A stretch of DNA of 64,000 nt from OCS155 cluster bacterium AG-349-E07 (lineage in GTDB: Bacteria; Actinomycetota; Acidimicrobiia; Actinomarinales; Actinomarinaceae): NCBI GenBank assembly GCA_003281085.1, contig QCCZ01000003.1:8386-72385 (forward strand), given 5' to 3'. This document shows positions 19,361 to 29,543 of the stretch, in pieces (the first letter of the stretch is position 1; every line of letters begins with the position of its first letter). Both the position numbers and the translations under genes were made by a program. The notes beneath the pieces are model-generated. The model saw only the letters and a program-made list of their open reading frames with translations. It had not been told where the DNA came from and did not search any database.

Positions 19361-20695
19361 ATGACAAAAAATAAACTAGATTTAATTTTTAAATCTTATG
19401 ATATTAGAGGCGTTTATGGTGACAGCATAGATCAAGATATAGCATATAAAATTGGCAAAGCTTTTGCAGAATTTGTTCCAGATGACACTATTATTGTTGG
19501 TCATGACGGGAGAGTTTCTAATATTGAAATGCTTGATGCCTTTACTTCTGGAATTAAATCCATTAACAAGGAAATTATTTATGTTGGATTAGTCCCAACA
19601 GATACTGTCTATTCACTATCCGGCTTACTTAAAAAACCAGGGGCAATAATTACTGCTTCGCATAATCCAAAAAATTATAATGGCTTAAAACTCTGTAATG
19701 CTGGAGCAATACCAATAGGTGAAAACTCTGGCCTAATGGATATCAAAAAATTAGCCGATAGAAATGTAGAAATACGTATTGAGAAATTTAAAATTAACAA
19801 CAAATACTTAGGTAATGAATATTATGAACACCTAAAAAACTTAGTATCTCCAGAGAGTATTTCACAAAAATTAAATTTTGGTATTGATGGAGGAAACGGT
19901 GTATTTGGTGCGGTATTTGATACTTTAAATAATATATACAAATTCAATGTGAAGTCTATATATTTAGAAGTTGATGGAAATTTCCCTAATCATCCTGCTG
20001 ACCCATCAGACGAATCAAACTTAACTGATTTAAAAAATCTAATAATAGATAACGATCTAGATTTTGGAATAGCATTTGATGGGGACGCCGATAGAGGTGT
20101 ATTTATAGATAATCTTGGGAGAGTTATTTCAGGAAGTATGATGACAGTCTTAATATCAGAATATTTGTCTTCACAAAAAAATGAATTTAGAGTAGTCCAC
20201 AATGTAAACGTCTCTCCTCATGCTTTAAAAATGATGAAAAACAACAATATTGAATTATATAAGTGTAAAGTTGGTCATTCCAATATAAAAAAAATGATGC
20301 GTGATGTAGATGCTGATTTTGGGGGAGAACATAGCGCACATTTTTATTACAGAGATAACTTTTATGCTGATTCTGCAATTCTCACACTTTTGATATTTAT
20401 GAAATTGCTTTCCAATAATAAAGAAAAACTCAGCTCAATAATTGATAACTATAACTTTCCACCTAGTTCTGGTGAAATAAATTTTGCAGTCGAAGACATT
20501 AATGAGTCAATAAGCAAAATTAAAAGCATTTTTGAAGGGGAGTTTGATCAAACTGACGGACTTAGTTGTCTGCATAGAGATTTTTGGTTTAATGTCAGAG
20601 GTTCAAATACTGAAAATAAGTTAAGAATTAATGTTGAAGCTAATACTCAAGAGATTCTTGACCAAGTTTTAGAAAAAATTTCGAGTAGTATTTAG
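19361..20695 (+). CDS. manB: Phosphomannomutase/phosphoglucomutase
   Basis: Active-site TASHNP, metal loop GIAFDGDADR and sugar-binding GGEHSAH. Confidence 0.9.
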   Translation: MTKNKLDLIFKSYDIRGVYGDSIDQDIAYKIGKAFAEFVPDDTIIVGHDGRVSNIEMLDAFTSGIKSINKEIIYVGLVPTDTVYSLSGLLKKPGAIITASHNPKNYNGLKLCNAGAIPIGENSGLMDIKKLADRNVEIRIEKFKINNKYLGNEYYEHLKNLVSPESISQKLNFGIDGGNGVFGAVFDTLNNIYKFNVKSIYLEVDGNFPNHPADPSDESNLTDLKNLIIDNDLDFGIAFDGDADRGVFIDNLGRVISGSMMTVLISEYLSSQKNEFRVVHNVNVSPHALKMMKNNNIELYKCKVGHSNIKKMMRDVDADFGGEHSAHFYYRDNFYADSAILTLLIFMKLLSNNKEKLSSIIDNYNFPPSSGEINFAVEDINESISKIKSIFEGEFDQTDGLSCLHRDFWFNVRGSNTENKLRINVEANTQEILDQVLEKISSSI

Positions 20696-20701
20696 TTGTA
20701 A

Positions 20702-21691
20702 ATGTTAGAACATGTTTTAAATTTAGGGAATCAGTTAAAGACCGATTTAGAGACTTCAGAGGGATTTTCATCAGTTGATTATGAGAGAATTCTTATTGTA
20801 GGGATGGGTGGTTCTGGAGTAGCAGGCGATGTTCTTAAACTTATATTAAATAAACATACCAATATAGATGTAGAAGTTAGGAAAACATATAATTTAACAA
20901 AAAACCTAATTGCGGCCCGACCTTTTTGTTTATTCATTTCGTATTCTGGAAATACAGAAGAAACAATAAGTGTTGCTAAAGATGCAATAGATGAAAATTT
21001 GGAATGGGCAGTAATCTCTAGTGGAGGAGAGCTTCTAGATTTAGCAACTGAACATAATAAAAAGTTTGTCAAAGTTCCGGATGGGCTTCAGCCAAGGGCT
21101 GCATTTGGTCTCATGACTAAAGCAGTTGTTAATTATTTACCTAAGCAAACTAAAGAGATTTTTATTAATGCATGTGAGGAAGCTGGAAATTATTTAAACA
21201 ATTTAACGAAAGACGCTTCAAATGAAGTTTTTGAAATTTCTAAGGATATTGTCAATCAAATAGGATCGAAAACAGCTGTAATTTACGCTGGTTCGGACTT
21301 AACCTATTTAGTTGCTCAAAGATGGAAGACACAAATAAATGAGAATTCTAAATCTAAAGCTTATGTTGGATTCATGCCAGAAGTTCACCATAATGAAATA
21401 CTTTCATGGGAAGCTGACCAAGAGGGTTCAAAAAATAACTTTATTTTAATTCTTCTTAGAGGTGATGACTATAAAAAGATAGACAATAGATTCGAATTTA
21501 CAAAGGAAATTATAGGCTCGAAAGTAGACACCATTGATGTTAGAAATATTTCCTCTGACAATTTAATTATAGATTTGTTTCATTTAGTCTTAATAGGTGA
21601 TTTAGTAAGTGTTAATTTAGCAGATCAATTAGATATTGATCCATTTAACATTGATGCTATTGAAAATTTAAAGAAAAAATTAAAAGGATAG
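20702..21691 (+). CDS. SIS-domain bifunctional phosphoglucose/phosphomannose isomerase
   Basis: GMGGSGVAGD and SYSGNTEET SIS motifs. It follows manB, as in other actinobacteria. Confidence 0.8.
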   Translation: MLEHVLNLGNQLKTDLETSEGFSSVDYERILIVGMGGSGVAGDVLKLILNKHTNIDVEVRKTYNLTKNLIAARPFCLFISYSGNTEETISVAKDAIDENLEWAVISSGGELLDLATEHNKKFVKVPDGLQPRAAFGLMTKAVVNYLPKQTKEIFINACEEAGNYLNNLTKDASNEVFEISKDIVNQIGSKTAVIYAGSDLTYLVAQRWKTQINENSKSKAYVGFMPEVHHNEILSWEADQEGSKNNFILILLRGDDYKKIDNRFEFTKEIIGSKVDTIDVRNISSDNLIIDLFHLVLIGDLVSVNLADQLDIDPFNIDAIENLKKKLKG

Positions 21692-21694
21692 TTA

Positions 21695-22939
21695 ATGTCA
21701 ACAATTAAAGATTCAAAATTAGCAAACATAGGACATGAAGAAGTAAGTTGGGCTAGCAGACAGATGCAAGTTCTAGAGGAAATAAAAAATGAATTTTCAT
21801 CGACTAAACCTCTAAACGGCTTAAGTATTGGTGCTTGCATGCATGTAACAAAAGAGACTGCTAACTTAATGCTTACTTTAAAAGAAGCTGGAGCAAATGT
21901 AGCTCTGTGTGCATCAAATCCACTATCTACAAAAGACTCAGTTGCAGCTTATCTTGCCGAAAATGATGTCGAAGTTCATGCTGTACATGGAGTTTCTAAT
22001 GATGAATTTTTTAGACACCTTAACTCTGTTTTAGATACAAAACCAGATATTACAATGGATGATGGGGCAGATTTAGTTACTTTACTGCTTACAGATCGAT
22101 CTGACATTCCAATAATGGGTTCAATGGAAGAAACTACGACTGGAGTAATAAGGCTAAAGTCTATGGAGAAGAACAATAAACTTCGATTCCCAGTTGTGGC
22201 TGTAAATGACTCTGACACAAAGCATTTATTTGATAACAGGTTTGGCACTGGTCAAAGTGCAATGGACGGTGTTGTTAGAGCTACAGATCTTTTAATTGCT
22301 GGATTAAATGTAGTTGTGGTTGGTTTTGGTGATTGCGGAAAAGGAGTTGCAGAGAGAGCCTATGGCATGGGAGCAAAAGTTACTGTTGTTGAACCAAACT
22401 CGGTTCGTGCACTAGAAGCTTTAATGCATGGATATGAGGTTAAAAATAGTATTAATGCTGCAAAAATTGCTGATGTTGTTGTCTCAGTAACTGGAAATAT
22501 GCATGCACTTGACAAGCAACATTTTGATGTAATGAAAGATGGTGTTGTTTTGGCAAATGCAGGACATTTTGATGTAGAGATAAATTTAGAAAGACTAAAA
22601 GAGGATAGTTCAGAGGTTAATAGAGTTAGAGAACATGTTGAAAGTTATAAATATGATGGAAAAGAAATATTGGTACTTGCTGAAGGAAGACTTGTAAATT
22701 TAGCCGCTGCTACTGGGCATCCAGCATCGGTTATGGACATGTCATTTGCAAATCAAGCTTTGGCTGCTGAGTGGATTAAAGAAAACCATAAAACATTGGA
22801 AGCAAAAGTATACACCCTTCCAAGTGAAGTTGATTTAAAAATCGCTGCAACTAAGTTAGGACTCATGGGTGGAGAGTTAGAAATACTCACAAAAGAGCAA
22901 ATCGAATATCTCGACTCTTGGGAGCATGGCACCAGCTAA
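21695..22939 (+). CDS. ahcY: Adenosylhomocysteinase
   Basis: The sequence reads as typical AhcY throughout (EETTTGV, GFGDCGKG NAD site, C-terminal GHPASVMDMSFANQALA). Confidence 0.92.
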   Translation: MSTIKDSKLANIGHEEVSWASRQMQVLEEIKNEFSSTKPLNGLSIGACMHVTKETANLMLTLKEAGANVALCASNPLSTKDSVAAYLAENDVEVHAVHGVSNDEFFRHLNSVLDTKPDITMDDGADLVTLLLTDRSDIPIMGSMEETTTGVIRLKSMEKNNKLRFPVVAVNDSDTKHLFDNRFGTGQSAMDGVVRATDLLIAGLNVVVVGFGDCGKGVAERAYGMGAKVTVVEPNSVRALEALMHGYEVKNSINAAKIADVVVSVTGNMHALDKQHFDVMKDGVVLANAGHFDVEINLERLKEDSSEVNRVREHVESYKYDGKEILVLAEGRLVNLAAATGHPASVMDMSFANQALAAEWIKENHKTLEAKVYTLPSEVDLKIAATKLGLMGGELEILTKEQIEYLDSWEHGTS

Positions 22940-22941
22940 AT

Positions 22942-25536
22942 TTGAATTTATTTAAAAAAGCACTTTCAGTTGGTAGTGGGAAGTTAACTTCTGAGCTAAA
23001 TGGGATTGTTGAAGAGATAAATAAAAAAGAACAATCTTTTGAAAAATTATCCGATGAAGAAATAAAAACTAATTTTCAGAATCTTTCCGAAAAAATTGTT
23101 GATTCACCATCAGATATTGAGGTAGAAGCATTTGCGTATATAAGAGAGGCTGCAAAAAGAACACTTAATCAAAGACATTATGATGTTCAACTATTTGGAG
23201 GACTGGTTCTTCTTAGAAATAAAATATCTGAGATGAAAACTGGTGAAGGTAAAACTCTTGTTTCAACCTTGCCGATCTCTTTAATGGCTTTATATAAAAA
23301 AGGCGTTCATGTTGTAACAGTCAATGAATACCTCGCAAAAAGGGACGCAGAGTGGATGAGCCCAATTTATAATTTTTTAGGTCTTGAAGTAGGCCTGATT
23401 TATTCAAATCAAGATTATGAAGAAAAGATTGAAGCATACAAAAAAGATATTACATATGGTACCAACAATGAATTTGGTTTTGATTACCTCAGAGACAACA
23501 TGGCAATTTCAAGTGAACAACTAGTTCAAGGAGATTTGTTTTACAGTGTTATTGACGAGGTAGATTCGATACTAGTTGACGAAGCAAGAACTCCTTTAAT
23601 TATCTCTGGCAAGATAAGTGATTCAACAAAATGGTACACAGAGTTCACCAAGATTGTAAAAGGAATGAAAAGAGATGTTCACTATGATATTGATGAAGCT
23701 AAAAAACAAGTCCATCCCACGGAATTAGGTATTGAGTATGTAGAGTCAAAACTAGGTATCTCAAACTTATACGAAAACTCTCAGACAAACTTTATTCATT
23801 ATTTAACAGCATGTCTGAGAGCTAAAACAATATTTGCTAAAGATGTAGATTATATTGTCTCAAATGGCCAAATTAATATTGTTGATGAATTTACTGGAAG
23901 AGTACTTGAAGGACGGAGGTATTCAGACGGATTACATCAAGCATTAGAAGCTAAAGAAAATGTGAGAATTCAAGATGAAAATCAAACACTAGCATCAATA
24001 ACTTATCAAAACTATTTCAGAATGTATGAAAATTTGGCAGGAATGACTGGTACTGCAAAAACTGAAGAAGAAGAGTTTATTCAAATATACAATCTTGAGG
24101 TTGTTGAAATTCCTACCAACCTACCGATACAAAGAATGGATCAACAGGATGCTGTATATAAAACGAATGAAGCAAAACTGAACGCAGTTATTGAAGATAT
24201 TATTGAAAGAAACAAAAAAGGACAACCAATCTTATTGGGAACTGTATCTGTTGAAGCTTCAGAAGAAGTATCTAAACAATTAACTAGTAAAGGTATTGTG
24301 CACAATGTTTTAAATGCAAAAAATCATGAACAGGAAGCGCAAATTATTGCACAGGCGGGAAGATTAGGTGCGGTTACAGTTGCGACAAACATGGCTGGTA
24401 GAGGTGTAGACATAAAACTAGGAGGAAATCCTGAGGATATGGCAGTTCAGCAACAAATAAATGAAAATAAATTAGACGATCCAATGTATTTAGATTCAAA
24501 GATTAATGAGTTGGAGTTACAAGTAGTTGAAGAAAAAAATAAAGTTTTAGAACTTGGTGGATTGTATGTTTTAGGTACAGAGAGGCACGACTCAAGAAGA
24601 ATTGATAATCAGCTAAGAGGAAGATCTGGCAGGCAAGGTGACCCTGGAGAGTCAAGATTCTATATTTCACTTCAAGATGATTTAATGAGAAGATTTCAAG
24701 GTGAAAGAATTGAATCAATAATGAATAAACTGAATCTTCCAGATGAAGAACGAATAGAACAATCAATGGTTACTAAAAGTATAGAAAGAGCTCAAGCTCA
24801 GGTTGAATCACTCAATTTCGAAATCAGAAAAAATGTACTTAAATTCGATCAAGTTCTAAATCAACAAAGAGAAGTTATTTACAAATGGAGAAGACAGCTT
24901 CTTAGGTCAGACAGTATTGAAAATCTAATTTCGGAATGGTTTGATGATGTTGTCAGCACAATTTCAAATAATATTGAACTACATAAAAAAAATTATGAAA
25001 ACTTAGAGCATTTTAACCAATTAATTTCTGATGAACTAAGTAATTTATTAAGTGATGGAGTTAAAAAAGAATTTGTAAGAAATATCGAAATCAATGATCA
25101 ATTGCAAATTGACCATGAGCTGGAGAATCTTTTTAATAATAATGAATCACAAGACTCTGATACATTTTGGAAATTAGCAAGAGGTTCATCTTTATCATTT
25201 GTTGACCAATCCTGGAAGGATCATTTAGCTGAAATGGACTATTTAAGATCTGGAATTGGACTAAGGGCAATGGGTCAAAGAGATCCGCTTGTTGAGTATC
25301 AAAATGAGGGATATACACTTTTTGAGGATTTAATAGAGAATGTTAAATTTTCAGTAATCAGAATTCTTATGAATTTTGATAAAAGTTTTATCATACAAAA
25401 TGAAGAAAATAAGGATAATGTAAAGACTACACAAATAATTAAAGATAAGATTGGTAGGAACGATCCTTGCTATTGTGGTTCAGGTATAAAATATAAAAAA
25501 TGCGGAATGGTTGATAAATGTATAAAGAAATCTTAA
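22942..25536 (+). CDS. secA: Preprotein translocase ATPase SecA
   Basis: MKTGEGKT Walker A, DEVDSILVDEARTPLIISG, and the C-terminal zinc motif CYCGSGIKYKKC. I placed the start at TTG 22942, just after the ahcY stop. The track start at 22918 remains possible. Confidence 0.9.
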   Translation: MNLFKKALSVGSGKLTSELNGIVEEINKKEQSFEKLSDEEIKTNFQNLSEKIVDSPSDIEVEAFAYIREAAKRTLNQRHYDVQLFGGLVLLRNKISEMKTGEGKTLVSTLPISLMALYKKGVHVVTVNEYLAKRDAEWMSPIYNFLGLEVGLIYSNQDYEEKIEAYKKDITYGTNNEFGFDYLRDNMAISSEQLVQGDLFYSVIDEVDSILVDEARTPLIISGKISDSTKWYTEFTKIVKGMKRDVHYDIDEAKKQVHPTELGIEYVESKLGISNLYENSQTNFIHYLTACLRAKTIFAKDVDYIVSNGQINIVDEFTGRVLEGRRYSDGLHQALEAKENVRIQDENQTLASITYQNYFRMYENLAGMTGTAKTEEEEFIQIYNLEVVEIPTNLPIQRMDQQDAVYKTNEAKLNAVIEDIIERNKKGQPILLGTVSVEASEEVSKQLTSKGIVHNVLNAKNHEQEAQIIAQAGRLGAVTVATNMAGRGVDIKLGGNPEDMAVQQQINENKLDDPMYLDSKINELELQVVEEKNKVLELGGLYVLGTERHDSRRIDNQLRGRSGRQGDPGESRFYISLQDDLMRRFQGERIESIMNKLNLPDEERIEQSMVTKSIERAQAQVESLNFEIRKNVLKFDQVLNQQREVIYKWRRQLLRSDSIENLISEWFDDVVSTISNNIELHKKNYENLEHFNQLISDELSNLLSDGVKKEFVRNIEINDQLQIDHELENLFNNNESQDSDTFWKLARGSSLSFVDQSWKDHLAEMDYLRSGIGLRAMGQRDPLVEYQNEGYTLFEDLIENVKFSVIRILMNFDKSFIIQNEENKDNVKTTQIIKDKIGRNDPCYCGSGIKYKKCGMVDKCIKKS

Positions 25537-26622
25537 GCAAAGTTAATACCTTTTATGAAAGATTGATTTCTGCGAAGGAGTATCTTTGACTTTGAAAACA
25601 AAACAAAGAAGCTTGATCAATTAAATCTTGAAATAAATCAAAAAGGTTTCTGGGACAATCCGCAGTATGCCCAAAAGGTATCAATTGAAGCTTCTACTAT
25701 AGAAAAATTGATAACGTCTTTAAGTAGTTTAGAAAATGATCTCAAAGAGCTTAAAGAATTAATTGAACTTACTGAAGAAGAAAATATCAATGAAGAAGAC
25801 TATCAAGATGAAATAAATAAATTAGAAAATATGATTGAGGAGATTGAAGACGAAGCGCTTTATTTCGATAAGTATGATGACTTGAATGCAGTTTTGACTA
25901 TTAATGCAGGCGCTGGTGGAGTTGATGCTCATGACTGGGCTGAGATGCTTTTAAGAATGTATACAAGACACCTTTCAAGTAATAATATAGATCATCAAAT
26001 TGAAGAAATATCTCAGGGGGAAGAAGCGGGAATTAAGTCAGCATCTATAAGAATCAATGGATTTAGAGCATATGCAAATTTAGAGAGTGAAAGAGGAGTT
26101 CATAGATTAGTAAGAATTAGCCCTTTTGATAGTAATAAAAGAAGACACACTAGCTTTGCTGGAGTAGATGTAATTCCTTTAATCGAAAATAATGACGAAA
26201 TTAATATCCAAGATGATGAAATAAGAATTGATGTTTATCGATCTTCTGGAGCAGGAGGACAGCATGTAAATACTACAGATTCAGCTGTACGAATTACACA
26301 TAATGCTACTGGAATAGTTGTGGCTTGTCAGGCAGAAAGATCTCAGCTTCAAAATAAAACAAGAGCATTAGAACTTTTAAAGACAAAATTATTATTAAAA
26401 AAAAGAGAAGATGAATTGAAAAAATTGAATGAAATAAGAGGGGATCAGCACGAGGCTGGATGGGGCAGGCAAATTAGGTCTTATGTACTTCAACCATATC
26501 AGCAAGTAAAAGATTCTAGAAACAGTATTGAAGTAGGCAATGTACAGAATGTTCTTGATGGAGATATTTCCATATTTATTAAAGAGTACCTAAAATGGCG
26601 TAGACAGGGAATAAATGATTAA
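25518..26622 (+). CDS. prfB: Peptide chain release factor 2, requiring a +1 programmed ribosomal frameshift
   Basis: Frame 0 starts at ATG 25518 and gives MYKEILSKVNTFYERLISAKEYL, then an in-frame TGA at 25587-25589. The +1 frame from 25588 reads DFENKTKKLDQLN... and joins track ORF 25708..26622. SPF and GGQ motifs are present. Confidence 0.9.
25576..25590 (+). promoter_or_regulatory. RF2 autoregulatory frameshift site: internal Shine-Dalgarno-like AGGAG, 3-nt spacer, CTT TGA C
   Basis: AGGAGTATCTTTGAC has the same architecture as the E. coli prfB site (SD-like element, UAU, CUU UGA C). Confidence 0.85.
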
Positions 26623-27298
26623 GCTAGATAATGTTTCATTAGTATTTCAAGGTGGAAGTGTTGCACTTTCGAATATAAGTACGACTATAAACGAAGGAGA
26701 ATTCGTTTATCTTGTTGGTCATTCTGGAAGCGGAAAGTCTTCTTTTCTTAAACTTTTATATAAGGAGTATATTTCTACAAAAGGAAGTATTGAAGTTGCA
26801 GGACTGGATGTTGTTCAACTGCCTAGATGGAAGACACCATTGTTAAGAAGAAAACTTGGAATTGTTACTCAAGAGCCTCAATTATTAGAAAAGAGAAATA
26901 CCTACGAAAATATAGCCTTTGCTTTAGAAGTTATGGGAACTTCAAATGATGAGATCGAATCTAAAACAAATACCTTATTAGATCTTGTAGAACTGAATGA
27001 AAATGCTTTTAAGTATCCAGATCAACTTTCTGGTGGTGAACAAACAAGAGTAAGTATTGCAAGGTCATTAGCTAACAATCCAGTTGTACTTTTATGTGAT
27101 GAGCCTACAGGTAATCTTGATCCTGAATTGAGTATCCAGATAGTTTCTTTGCTTGAAAAAATCAATAGAGCTGGAACAACAGTTGTTATGGCTACACACG
27201 ATTCTTCAATCGTGAATAGAAGAAAAAAACGAGTTATTGAGCTTGCAAACGGAAAAATTGCTAGAGATGAAAGTGAAGGAAGTTATATTCTTAGGTAA
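26615..27298 (+). CDS. ftsE: Cell division ATP-binding protein FtsE
   Basis: Walker A GHSGSGKSS, LSGGEQTRVSIAR and Walker B LLCDEPTGNLD. It precedes ftsX. Confidence 0.9.
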   Translation: MIKLDNVSLVFQGGSVALSNISTTINEGEFVYLVGHSGSGKSSFLKLLYKEYISTKGSIEVAGLDVVQLPRWKTPLLRRKLGIVTQEPQLLEKRNTYENIAFALEVMGTSNDEIESKTNTLLDLVELNENAFKYPDQLSGGEQTRVSIARSLANNPVVLLCDEPTGNLDPELSIQIVSLLEKINRAGTTVVMATHDSSIVNRRKKRVIELANGKIARDESEGSYILR

Positions 27299-27301
27299 AT
27301 C

Positions 27302-28177
27302 ATGAACAAATTTTCATATGTAATAAAAAATACAATTCTAAATATGAGAAGAACTCCTTTATTGGTTTTTGCAACAATAATTGCTGTATTGGTATCTAGC
27401 TTTTTGGTTTTTACAACCCTTTCAGCCAGGTCTATTGTTCAAAACAACACAGTTAGATGGCAAAATGGTACACATGTTGTAATTTTTCTTGATGACAGGG
27501 TTACTACTACAGCACATAAACAATTACAACAGTCACTAGAAACTTACCCAGAGATTAGAACTGTAGAGTATTTTACTAAATCTGAAGCAGAGGAAGAATT
27601 TAAAATATTATTCAAAGATCAACCAGAATTATTAAGTGAAGTAGATTATGAAAAATTACCTTCGTCTTTAAGGGTAAATCTAAATGATCCATCTGATTAT
27701 GAATTAATAATTGAAAGGATGGATGGAAATCCAGCAGTTAAGGAAATAAGGACAAGTGGTGAAGCTATAGAAAGATTATTAAGCTTGACTAATACCTTAG
27801 TAATTTCAGCATCAACATTTGCATTACTTATAGGTTTTGCAGCATTCATTCTTATTATCAATACATTAAGGCTAGCTGCGTATTCTAAGAAAAAAGAAAT
27901 AAAGATAATGAGATTAGTTGGTGCATCTTCGACTTACATTAGATTGCCATTTATTTTTGAAGCAGTTTTTGAATCTTTAATTGGAACTAGTATTGCTGTT
28001 GGTCTTGGGTGGGGAATAATTGAGTATTCTAAAAATTCGATAGTAGCTGAAAGCATTTTCGACATAACAATTTCTGATAGTTATTTAATATACTTAACTT
28101 TGGTTCTACTATTGTCCTCAATAATTTTTGGATTGTTTGCTTCTTTTGTCGGAATAAGGAAAGTATTAAATGATTAG
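27302..28177 (+). CDS. ftsX: Cell division permease FtsX
   Basis: One TM, a large extracytoplasmic loop, then three C-terminal TMs. Position is directly after ftsE. Confidence 0.85.
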   Translation: MNKFSYVIKNTILNMRRTPLLVFATIIAVLVSSFLVFTTLSARSIVQNNTVRWQNGTHVVIFLDDRVTTTAHKQLQQSLETYPEIRTVEYFTKSEAEEEFKILFKDQPELLSEVDYEKLPSSLRVNLNDPSDYELIIERMDGNPAVKEIRTSGEAIERLLSLTNTLVISASTFALLIGFAAFILIINTLRLAAYSKKKEIKIMRLVGASSTYIRLPFIFEAVFESLIGTSIAVGLGWGIIEYSKNSIVAESIFDITISDSYLIYLTLVLLLSSIIFGLFASFVGIRKVLND

Positions 28178-29543
28178 AAGGTTTCTAACTCTTTCACTGC
28201 CAATATTTCTTGTTTTGACTTTAATGTTTCCAACAAATTCGATGGCTATAACTGCAGAAGATAGATTGATAGAAGTTGAAAGACAACTTCAGGCAATCGC
28301 TGAGCAAATCAGCAACTACGAAGGTCAACTTACTGATCTTGAAAATGCTATTTTGGAAAACGATAAAGATTTGCAACAAGTCAACCAAGAACTTGCAGAA
28401 GTACAATCAAGGCTATCTGCTGCTGAAAGGGAATTAGATAAAGCATTAGAAAATTACGATGGAACTTTAAATGACTTGGCTGAAGTTCAGCAGACTATTG
28501 TTCAAGAACAAACAAAACTTGGAAAAATTAAAAATGAAATATCTAATGTATCTGACGAATTGTTTGAAACTCAAAAAAACTTGGTAGAAGCAGATGATAA
28601 GTTACAAGAACAAGCTGTAAGCCTCTACATTAATGGTGTTATGAGTCCTACAACAGCATTGTTTGTGGAATTAAATGAATTATCAAGGTTTTTAGTTGCC
28701 CTAGGATATGCCTCTACAATTGTCGACTCTGCTTATGAGATCGTTGAACAACTGAATGCTTTAAAAAATCTTGCTTCAACTCAGACAGTATTTTTGACTG
28801 AAAGAGAAGAAGAAAGAGAAGAAATAGTTAATCTCTTACAAAATGAGGAAACAAGAAAAACTGAAATTTCTATTGAAGCTGAAGAATTTGCTGAAGAAGT
28901 AGAAGAGAAAAAAGAAACTGTAGAAAGAGAGAAAAGGCAAGTTGAAGCTAAAAAATCTCAGGTTCTTAGAGCTAGGCAAAATGCTCAAAGTTTATTGAAT
29001 CAAGCTAATAAAGAATTAGAAAAGCTAGATAAAGAGCATGCTGATTTAGAAAAACTTGAAGATGCAATCCAGGCAGATATAGAAAGGCTTAGTAGTGTAG
29101 GAGGTGTTGCTCCAAACAAACTAAGTTGGCCTGTAACAACGGGATATGTTTCTAGTGGATACAAATGGAGAAGGCTTGGGGGAACAACTAGTTTTCATGG
29201 CGCTATAGATATAGCAGCAAGTAGAGGCACACCAATTAAAGCTGCTGCAGGTGGTGTAGTTATTCTTGCAAGATATTATGGTCTAGCTGGAAGGACTGTA
29301 TTCATCGATCATGGTGGAGGAATGACAACTTTATATTTCCATATGGATAAAATATTAGTTTCAGTTGGTCAAACTGTAGTGACAGGTGACCAAATTGGAA
29401 CAGTTGGTTCTACAGGTCGTTCTACAGGACCACATTTACACTTTGAAGTAAGATTAAAAAATCCAAGTTCGGCTAATTGTTCACTACCATATCTTGATCC
29501 AACTTCTAGAGGTAGAGTAAATCCTTATTGTTTTCTAGATTGA
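28170..29543 (+). CDS. Secreted coiled-coil M23 (LytM-type) peptidoglycan metalloendopeptidase
   Basis: Signal peptide, about 280 aa of heptad-rich coiled coil, then an M23 domain with intact HxxxD (HGAIDIAA) and HxH (HLHFEV). It overlaps ftsX by 8 nt. Confidence 0.85.
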   Translation: MIRRFLTLSLPIFLVLTLMFPTNSMAITAEDRLIEVERQLQAIAEQISNYEGQLTDLENAILENDKDLQQVNQELAEVQSRLSAAERELDKALENYDGTLNDLAEVQQTIVQEQTKLGKIKNEISNVSDELFETQKNLVEADDKLQEQAVSLYINGVMSPTTALFVELNELSRFLVALGYASTIVDSAYEIVEQLNALKNLASTQTVFLTEREEEREEIVNLLQNEETRKTEISIEAEEFAEEVEEKKETVEREKRQVEAKKSQVLRARQNAQSLLNQANKELEKLDKEHADLEKLEDAIQADIERLSSVGGVAPNKLSWPVTTGYVSSGYKWRRLGGTTSFHGAIDIAASRGTPIKAAAGGVVILARYYGLAGRTVFIDHGGGMTTLYFHMDKILVSVGQTVVTGDQIGTVGSTGRSTGPHLHFEVRLKNPSSANCSLPYLDPTSRGRVNPYCFLD

